Origin: a bacterium
GTDB lineage: Bacteria > SM23-31 > JAUVVT01
Assembly: GCA_030604505.1 (NCBI GenBank)
Contig: JAUVVT010000015.1
Coordinates: 1 to 11,784, forward strand
Direction: 5' to 3'
DNA: 11,784 bases
The notes under the pieces are model-generated. The model ran no database searches. It was given only the letters and a program-made list of their open reading frames with translations, and was not told where the DNA came from. Numbering within the stretch: the first letter of the stretch is position 1; the number at the start of each line of letters is the position of its first letter. The position numbers and the translations under genes were made by a program. This document shows positions 5,097 through 11,784 of the stretch, piece after piece.

Positions 5097-7313
5097 ATGT
5101 CTAAGTTTTTTACAAAACTATTATTATTCTTGGCCATATTTTATTTATCCCCGGATATTTCTCTGTCAAATGAAAAAATTTTATCTGAAATAATACACAA
5201 AGCACAACAGAATAATCGTAAAATTTTTGAAAGTATCGATAATCTAAAATACAAGGTTCATTCAAGAACATACATTTACTTTGGTTTCACACCATTTGAT
5301 GTAAATCTTGTCCCATACTTTGAAGAATATTATGCTGATGGATACTGGGAAAAGCCGGACAGCACCGCTCTTAAAATATATGCCTTAAAAGTAATTAGTG
5401 CAGGTAAGGATTCATCAAAATCTTATTCTGTTGCAACTAAAGAATTATCCCTTCCCAATCCGTTTCTGTTCGATTACAATATTCTCTCGAAAAACAAAGG
5501 TAGTGTTCATAAACGTCCTTATTACCCTTTTTCAGAAGGAGCCGAAAAATATTACAATTACGAATATGAAGGTTTTGTAAAATCAGGAATGATGGATGTA
5601 ATTTCTATTGCCGTTACACCTAAATTTTTGGATGTCCCATCAGTTGAGGGTTCATTCTTATTAGATAGAAATGATTCCTGGATAGTCGCATCCGATTTTA
5701 AGTATAATGACGCTGCAAAATTTACTTCGCAGATTAGCAAAAAAAAGAGGTCCATCAGTATAAGTATAAAAATTACGAGTGCAGAAGAACGCACTGTCCG
5801 TACAAAGAAAAGTTTATATTATTCCCCTTTCTGGCTGCCTGAACTGATGGAAGAAGACTTTTTCCTATATATCTGGGGTATGAAAGTAAAGGTTCACAGA
5901 ATAATAGAATTTGACTCCTATGTTATTAATACCCCAAATTTCAAAACTGTAAAACCGGCTAAAAGAATTGAATATTCCATTGACAGTCAGTTGCAGGATT
6001 CAATTTTAACTCAACCAGAATATCCCGACAGATTATCAAAAGAAGAAGAGGAAGAGATACTGGCTAAAATTGAGGATAAAATACGTTCGGAAGAGCTGTT
6101 TAGTGACCTGAAAGACCTCGCAAAAGTTGCAGAAAAATCGGCAATGAAAAGACTAAAGGAAAAGGGGGGCAAACTCTTTTCTTATGGGGAAAGAACATTT
6201 AACTTCTTTCAATATAACAGGGTCGAAGGTCTCTATTTTGGAAATAATTATAAATTCGCAAATCCATATATTAAAAACTTTGCTCTCTCTGTTGCAGGTG
6301 GATATGGTTTTGAAGATAAAAAATTTAAAGGAGAACTGGTCTTATTAAAATTATTTGGCAAAAAAAGAAATTTTTTTGTAGATTTAAAAATTTTTAGTAA
6401 ATTAGGTTTTGAAGAAGAAGAAAATCTAATCTCTACAGGGAAAAATACATTTACTGCTCTATTTTCTAAAGAAGATTACAGAGATTATTATGCAAAGAAG
6501 GGATTTGCTTTTGACATAAGATACAAACTCCCCGAAAGCAATATAGGAATCGGTCTTTCATTTGTTTCTCAAATTGAAAGCTCAGTTGGAAAAAATACAG
6601 ATTTCAGTATTTTCAGAAGAAATCATCCATTCAGATTAAATCCTGAAGCAGTAGAAGGAAGATATAATGGATTGGAATTTTTATTGAAATATAACACCTA
6701 TCGTATAAATGCAGAAACTTATTTTAAGTACACAAACAGAGATATGCTTAAGAGTGATTTTTCTTATTCAATATTTGGCTTTAAGCTTGGATTAAAACAT
6801 AGACTCACATATTTCAGCAGATTATTTTTTAATCTGAATAGCGGCTTTTCGTCCGGTTCCGTTGCTCCTCAGAAATGGTTTGATTTTGGGGGTAAAGTTT
6901 TTGCAAATTATAGAGGCAAATTAAGAGGAGTTGATTATAAATATTTTACCGGCGACAGAATGGTCTCCAGTGTTATTGAATATCATCTTAACGGCAGAGC
7001 ATTAAAAAAGATTGGTCTGAACAATAAATTATTTTCAGCGGTGAAATTTATTTTGTATAATGGAGTTGGATGGAGCGAACTTTCTGACAGAAGTAGAAAA
7101 CTCTTAATTAGGCCACCAAGGTTGACACCTGATGGAGTTATAATTATGGATGTCAAAGGTAGAGGTAACTTAAATGTGCCGTCATTGACTACTGATGGAG
7201 TTTATTACGAATTTGGACTGGGTATCTCTGATATATTGAATATATTCCGCTTTGATTTTATTCATAATAATATAGACAACAAGATTATCTTTGAATTCAA
7301 CTTTCTCAGATGA
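5097..7313 (+). CDS. Hypothetical secreted / outer-membrane protein, 738 aa. It has an N-terminal signal peptide, a central acidic coiled-coil segment and a beta-strand-rich C-terminal half.
   Basis: The N-terminus MSKFFTKLLLFLAIFYLSPDISLS is a signal peptide. The central segment is KEEEEEILAKIEDKIRSEELFSDLKDLAKVAEK. The C-terminal ~350 aa show alternating hydrophobic/aromatic beta-strand patterning, ending ...IIFEFNFLR. I recognise no family with confidence. Confidence 0.5.
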   Translation: MSKFFTKLLLFLAIFYLSPDISLSNEKILSEIIHKAQQNNRKIFESIDNLKYKVHSRTYIYFGFTPFDVNLVPYFEEYYADGYWEKPDSTALKIYALKVISAGKDSSKSYSVATKELSLPNPFLFDYNILSKNKGSVHKRPYYPFSEGAEKYYNYEYEGFVKSGMMDVISIAVTPKFLDVPSVEGSFLLDRNDSWIVASDFKYNDAAKFTSQISKKKRSISISIKITSAEERTVRTKKSLYYSPFWLPELMEEDFFLYIWGMKVKVHRIIEFDSYVINTPNFKTVKPAKRIEYSIDSQLQDSILTQPEYPDRLSKEEEEEILAKIEDKIRSEELFSDLKDLAKVAEKSAMKRLKEKGGKLFSYGERTFNFFQYNRVEGLYFGNNYKFANPYIKNFALSVAGGYGFEDKKFKGELVLLKLFGKKRNFFVDLKIFSKLGFEEEENLISTGKNTFTALFSKEDYRDYYAKKGFAFDIRYKLPESNIGIGLSFVSQIESSVGKNTDFSIFRRNHPFRLNPEAVEGRYNGLEFLLKYNTYRINAETYFKYTNRDMLKSDFSYSIFGFKLGLKHRLTYFSRLFFNLNSGFSSGSVAPQKWFDFGGKVFANYRGKLRGVDYKYFTGDRMVSSVIEYHLNGRALKKIGLNNKLFSAVKFILYNGVGWSELSDRSRKLLIRPPRLTPDGVIIMDVKGRGNLNVPSLTTDGVYYEFGLGISDILNIFRFDFIHNNIDNKIIFEFNFLR

Positions 7314-7358
7314 TACTTATAATTAAATCTAACTTGAACTTAATATGAGAGGTGGGCC

Positions 7359-8075
7359 GTGAAATTAGCTAATATCTTCAAGAAAAATCAGATTAAATAT
7401 TTAATCGCATTATTAATCTTCTTTAATAATCTTACTTTATTATCAGCAGGTGAAATCGGTGGCGGAGTGGGATTTATGTATGGAGCTAAATTGGCAAACA
7501 TAAATGACTTAAATGACCAGCTTGTAGAGGACGGATTTCAGGAGTTTGACCCTATTTTACAATCAATAGGCGGTTTAGGTTATATTAATTATAATAAGTT
7601 TATTCTTTCGCCGGAATTTGCGAGTTTCAGTAAGAAATTAGCTTCCGGAAATACTGACATAAGCTATAAAGGTTCACAGATATTTGTTAACCTGGGTTAT
7701 GCAGTGGTGGAGGAGGAGAGAGCATTGGGATTTGTATATATTGGAGCCGGAAGGGGAAGTGCTTCTTTGAAATTTACTGATCCATCGGGTTTTGTTAATT
7801 TCGCTGATGAAGAAATCACATCCGCTGAAGAACTTAATACTGATACCTTTTTAATTAATTTGGGATATAGTTATCATTTTCTAATGAATTTTTCAAAAAA
7901 TCAGAACAGAAAGGCTGGTACGACAGTCGGAATAAGAGTAGGGTATATTTTTTCTCCCGGAGCCAAAAAATGGGAATATAGCGGAGCAGAAATAGCAGGA
8001 GCACCAGATGCTAAATTTAATGGAGTTTTTATTAGGTTAGTTATCGGTGGATGGATAAATAAAATATCTGAATAA
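7359..8075 (+). CDS. Putative outer-membrane beta-barrel protein (small porin/OmpA-like barrel), 238 aa
   Basis: GTG start with SD GAGAGGTGG. The signal peptide is KYLIALLIFFNNLTLLSA. Gly/aromatic-rich alternating strands (GYINYNKFILSPEF, FVNLGYAVV, LINLGYSYHF, GIRVGYIFSPG, FIRLVIGGWI) are typical of OM barrels. Confidence 0.5.
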   Translation: MKLANIFKKNQIKYLIALLIFFNNLTLLSAGEIGGGVGFMYGAKLANINDLNDQLVEDGFQEFDPILQSIGGLGYINYNKFILSPEFASFSKKLASGNTDISYKGSQIFVNLGYAVVEEERALGFVYIGAGRGSASLKFTDPSGFVNFADEEITSAEELNTDTFLINLGYSYHFLMNFSKNQNRKAGTTVGIRVGYIFSPGAKKWEYSGAEIAGAPDAKFNGVFIRLVIGGWINKISE

Positions 8076-8204
8076 CCTTACTCCATAAAAAAGATATTAA
8101 CCGCCAAGCATACGAAGAAAAAAAAGTAAAACAGTATAAAAATCAATTTTCTTTCGTTTCCTTCATGTTCTTTGCAGTTAATAAAAATAAAAAAACGGTG
8201 TATA

Positions 8205-9902
8205 ATGAAAAATTTAAAAAAAATTTTTATAATTACAGCAGCCTGTTTCCTGATTTTAAATTGTGGAGGAAAAATGCAAATAACCGATTTGGTTTTGAAA
8301 AACGGTAAAATTGTAACTATTGATAAAAATAATCCAAGAGCGGAAGCGGTTGCTATTAAAGATGACAAAATCATAGCAGTTGGAACAAATAAGGAAATCG
8401 ATAAATATACCGATATTCAGGTTACCAAAATAATTGACCTTGATGAAAGACTTGTTGTACCCGGATTTATCGATGCACATATTCACTTTGAAGGTGGGGG
8501 AGCTTCTTTGATGCAGATAGACCTTAACGGTGTTACAACATTGACAGAAATTCAAAAAAGAGTCAAAGAAAAGATTGATAAGGTTGAAGATGGTATTTGG
8601 ATTTATGGGCGTGGTTGGGACCATGAAATTCTTCCCGATAAAAAATGGCCCACAAAAGAAATTATCGATGATGTTGCGCCAAAAAATCCTGTGGTGCTTC
8701 GAAGGGTCGATGGACACAGTACTCTTGTAAATAGTCTTGTCCTTAAAATTTCCGGAATTACAGGGAATACACCTGACCCGCGGGGTGGAACAATTATTAA
8801 AAAACCATCTACTGGTAAACCAACAGGAATATTAAAAGAAACCGCTCAGGGATTGATTAAAAGTCCGAAATTATCGAAAAAAGAGAGTTACGATAATAGT
8901 AAGAAAGCTATAAAATTGGCTTTAAAAGAAGCTGCAAGGTTGGGTGTTACCGGTATACATAATTTAACAGGAAACTTTGAGATTTTTCAGGAACTGCTGG
9001 ATAGAAAAGAGCTTACAGTTAGGGTTTATGCATGTGCTTCGATAACTAAAGAAAAAAAAGTATTAGAATCATACAAGGAATGGCAGAAAAAATTCACTAA
9101 TAATAAAAATATGATAAAATTTGGATGCTTGAAAGGTTTTATTGATGGAACTCTTGGTTCGGGAACAGCCGCATTTTTCAAACCGTTTGACGATAACCCG
9201 TCAACAGCCGGTCTTCCAAGAATGACTCAAAAAGAGCTCAATGAACTTGTTGCGATTGTTGATAATGAGGGCTTTCAGATTGCAATTCACGCTATTGGAA
9301 GCAAAGCAAATAATATGATTCTTAATGCCTTTGAAGAAACAATTTCCATAAACGGAAAAAGGGACAGCAGACATAGAAGTGAGCATGCTCAGGTACTTAT
9401 CCCCCAAGACATTCCGAGATTTACACAACTTGGCATCATAGCATCTATGCAGCCAACCCACTGCATTACAGATAAAAAATTTGCAGAAAAAAGAATAGGA
9501 AAAGAAAGATGCAGAGGGGCTTATGCCTGGAAAAGTCTTCTGAATGCAGGTGCACATATAGTATTTGGTACCGACTGGCCCGTTGAACCTTTAGATCCTA
9601 TGGAAGGGCTGTATGCTGCTGTTACAAGAAAAGACCGGAAAGGTGAACCGGGTGACGGGTGGTTTCCTGAAGAAAAAATCTCTATGGAAAAGGCAATAGA
9701 ATTGTATACATTGGGTTCTGCCTATGCTTCATTTGAAGAGAACATAAAGGGTTCAATTCAAATAGGCAAACTTGCTGATATAGTCGTTCTATCACAGGAT
9801 TTATTTGAAATCCCGGAAAATAAAATCATGGATACAAAGGTGGTTTATACAATAATAGGCGGCAAAATAATCTATTCTTCAATCACAGATGCAGCAAATT
9901 AA
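8205..9902 (+). CDS. Amidohydrolase-family (Amidohydro_3, YtcJ-like) metal-dependent hydrolase, lipoprotein
   Basis: VPGFIDAHIHFEGGG is the canonical amidohydrolase metal-binding motif, and GTDWPVEP is a C-terminal family motif. The ATG at 8205 gives MKNLKKIFIITAACFLILNCGG, a lipoprotein signal with an LNC lipobox. The ORF track starts at an upstream TTG at 8172. Confidence 0.8.
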   Translation: MKNLKKIFIITAACFLILNCGGKMQITDLVLKNGKIVTIDKNNPRAEAVAIKDDKIIAVGTNKEIDKYTDIQVTKIIDLDERLVVPGFIDAHIHFEGGGASLMQIDLNGVTTLTEIQKRVKEKIDKVEDGIWIYGRGWDHEILPDKKWPTKEIIDDVAPKNPVVLRRVDGHSTLVNSLVLKISGITGNTPDPRGGTIIKKPSTGKPTGILKETAQGLIKSPKLSKKESYDNSKKAIKLALKEAARLGVTGIHNLTGNFEIFQELLDRKELTVRVYACASITKEKKVLESYKEWQKKFTNNKNMIKFGCLKGFIDGTLGSGTAAFFKPFDDNPSTAGLPRMTQKELNELVAIVDNEGFQIAIHAIGSKANNMILNAFEETISINGKRDSRHRSEHAQVLIPQDIPRFTQLGIIASMQPTHCITDKKFAEKRIGKERCRGAYAWKSLLNAGAHIVFGTDWPVEPLDPMEGLYAAVTRKDRKGEPGDGWFPEEKISMEKAIELYTLGSAYASFEENIKGSIQIGKLADIVVLSQDLFEIPENKIMDTKVVYTIIGGKIIYSSITDAAN

Positions 9903-9926
9903 ATCTTTTCTATTTGTTTCTTTACT

Positions 9927-9964
9927 AAAAGCTAATATCTGGTAGCTAATAACAGGCAGCTTTT
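9927..9964. terminator. Candidate bidirectional terminator in the convergent gap between the amidohydrolase (+) and GDPD (-) genes
   Basis: aaaagct (9927-9933) and agctttt (9958-9964) form a 7-bp inverted repeat flanked by an A-tract on one side and a T-tract on the other. The 24-nt loop is large, so confidence is low. Confidence 0.25.
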
Positions 9965-10879
9965 CTATCTCATATTCAATTTCTCAAGCACATTACTCAA
10001 TCTTCCCGGATAGTCTGTCATTATTGCATCGACGCCTATTTCGATAAGTTCTTCCATCCGTTTCTCGTCATTGATAACCCATGCGTGGAATAGCATACCT
10101 TTTTTATGAATAGTTTTTATCATAGAGGGCTGGGCAACCACAAAGACTTTTGTGGTTGCCGATGGCTGAAGCGCCTGATGTATCGGGCAATAAAAATAGC
10201 CAAGATGCAGTTTGTGTAAAATGTAAAAAAGAATTACATCCCATTTGTGGCAGAAGGATGCTATGTCGGGAGCTGATATTTTTAGCTTTTTTGAAACCGA
10301 AACAAGAGCAGAACCAAGAATAATCCTGTTTTTTAATCCTTTCTCTTTGATTATCTTTATTACTTTTTTTTCAATGGGAGGATTTTTTTGTTTGACTTCA
10401 ATATTAAATCTTAAATCGGGAAAAGTCTCAAAAACATCTATTAATCTGGGTATCTTCAAACCTTTACCTCTGTATGGATAATCGTTTTTTTCCTTGTCTT
10501 TGAACCAATAACCCGCATCTAATTTTTTTATTTCTTCATAAGTATGTTCTCTTATTCGTCCTTTCCCGTTTGTTGTCCTTTCCAATGTCTTATCATGAAT
10601 AACGACTATTTCACCATCCTTTGTTGAATGAACATCCATTTCAAGAACATCGGTATTATACTTTGCAACTGCCATACTGAATGCTAACATTGTATTTTCC
10701 GGATGTTCACCTGAAGCTCCTCTATGAGAAATATGCTTGTATTTCTCCTTAAGTTCAGGATTTACTGAAATAGTTTTAGGACTTTTTAAATATTTTATTG
10801 CGGCAATTAGAAAGAATATAATTAGGGTAATAAAGAAAGATAATATAAGATACGCCATCAGATAATTAACTCCCTGCAC
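9965..10879 (-). CDS. Glycerophosphodiester phosphodiesterase (GDPD family), membrane-anchored
   Basis: HRGASGEHPENTMLAF...LEMDVHSTKDGEIVVIHDKTLERTTNGKG...LDAGYWF is the GDPD catalytic signature (HR..PENT, E.D, HD). The N-terminal hydrophobic helix is LILSFFITLIIFFLIAAI. TAG stop. Confidence 0.8.
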   Translation of the reverse strand: MQGVNYLMAYLILSFFITLIIFFLIAAIKYLKSPKTISVNPELKEKYKHISHRGASGEHPENTMLAFSMAVAKYNTDVLEMDVHSTKDGEIVVIHDKTLERTTNGKGRIREHTYEEIKKLDAGYWFKDKEKNDYPYRGKGLKIPRLIDVFETFPDLRFNIEVKQKNPPIEKKVIKIIKEKGLKNRIILGSALVSVSKKLKISAPDIASFCHKWDVILFYILHKLHLGYFYCPIHQALQPSATTKVFVVAQPSMIKTIHKKGMLFHAWVINDEKRMEELIEIGVDAIMTDYPGRLSNVLEKLNMR

Positions 10880-10952
10880 TGTTGGGAAATTCGCAATAAT
10901 GTGATATTAGATCAAAAACAAAATAATAATTAATAATAAAAATGTCAAATAG

Positions 10953-11498
10953 TTATCTGATAATTTGAGAAATCTCCTTAAAATGCTTATCCTTGGAATC
11001 TTTAATCATCTGAAAAATTACCATTTCTAAACTCGATAACTTCGCTCCTTCAAGCTCCATTCTCCGCAGTGCAATATCACAGTCCATTTTTTGCCTCGAG
11101 GAAACGCCATTCGCAACAAGATGAACCTCATAATCCTTTAAAAGTGCACTTAAAATAGTCTGGATGACACAGACATGTGCTTCAATCCCGCAGATAATCA
11201 GTTGATTTTTATCCGAAAACTTATTCTCGAGCAAATCAGTAAAATCACTGTTCAGAAAACAATTAAAGCTAATTTTTTCGACATATTCATACTCTTTCAG
11301 TTCTTTCTTTATCTCTTTCATAGTCTCTCCCAATCCTTTCGGATACTGCTCACACACCAGTACAGGAATTTTCAATAACTGAAAGACCTTCACAAGTTTT
11401 ATAACATTGGAAATCAGCTCATCTGTATTGAATAAAACAGGTCTGAATTTTTCCTGAATATCAATAATTATAAGTAGAGATTTCTGTTGATCAATCAT
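10953..11498 (-). CDS. Isochorismatase-family cysteine hydrolase (YcaC-like)
   Basis: LLIIIDIQEKF near the N-terminus (catalytic Asp), plus ICGIEAHVCV (the catalytic Cys motif of the isochorismatase family). 181 aa. TAA stop. Confidence 0.75.
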   Translation of the reverse strand: MIDQQKSLLIIIDIQEKFRPVLFNTDELISNVIKLVKVFQLLKIPVLVCEQYPKGLGETMKEIKKELKEYEYVEKISFNCFLNSDFTDLLENKFSDKNQLIICGIEAHVCVIQTILSALLKDYEVHLVANGVSSRQKMDCDIALRRMELEGAKLSSLEMVIFQMIKDSKDKHFKEISQIIR

Positions 11499-11784
11499 AT
11501 CATTCCTTGCTTAAAATTACTGCAAAGTCAGAAAAACCAGCACGAAGATTGCGTATATTTTATATAGAGAGATTGCCAAATCTCTCGTAGTATAGAAGTC
11601 ATTCTGTAGTAACAATTATATTTCTAATCACACAGAACGAACTAATTTATGATTATAAACTAATTAACAAAGCTAAAGTGCCTAAATGAAATGACAATCC
11701 ACATAAATATTATTGATTATAATTATCATTAAATATTTTAATATAATAATTATTTGTTATAATAACAAACGATAATTATTGCTT

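Noticed and set aside
6361-6380. A7 and T7 homopolymer tracts inside the 738-aa surface-protein gene, as possible phase-variation slippage sites
   Set aside because: Runs of seven A or T bases are expected frequently by chance at ~33% GC. There is no repeat expansion or alternative-frame ORF structure to support phase variation.
1-11784. CRISPR arrays, rRNA or tRNA genes, transposases or integrases
   Set aside because: No regularly spaced direct repeats, no GC-rich structured RNA segments, and no ORF with DDE, HTH-transposase or tyrosine-recombinase motifs were seen.

Overview
This is a low-GC (roughly one-third GC) bacterial window. The first ~3.4 kb is the 3' end of a bacterial microcompartment (BMC) locus on the + strand. 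It contains, in order, a 5'-truncated PduS-like RnfC-family Fe-S flavoprotein, a PduT-like tandem-domain BMC-T shell protein that keeps the pore cysteine, two overlapping BMC-P vertex-protein paralogs, and a class II (FucA/RhaD-type) aldolase with a C-terminal extension that looks like an encapsulation peptide. An RseC/MucC-family small membrane Fe-S protein follows. A hairpin terminator then closes the unit. Next is a DUF89/ARMT1-family phosphatase gene interrupted by an in-frame TGA. After it come a 738-aa secreted protein of unknown function, a small outer-membrane beta-barrel protein and a lipoprotein amidohydrolase. A glycerophosphodiester phosphodiesterase and an isochorismatase-family hydrolase lie on the - strand. 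No rRNA, tRNA, CRISPR array or obvious transposase is visible. The BMC enzyme core (aldehyde dehydrogenase, PduL, BMC-H shell proteins) must lie upstream of the window. All protein-family calls come from reading the translations against remembered family motifs, not from database searches.
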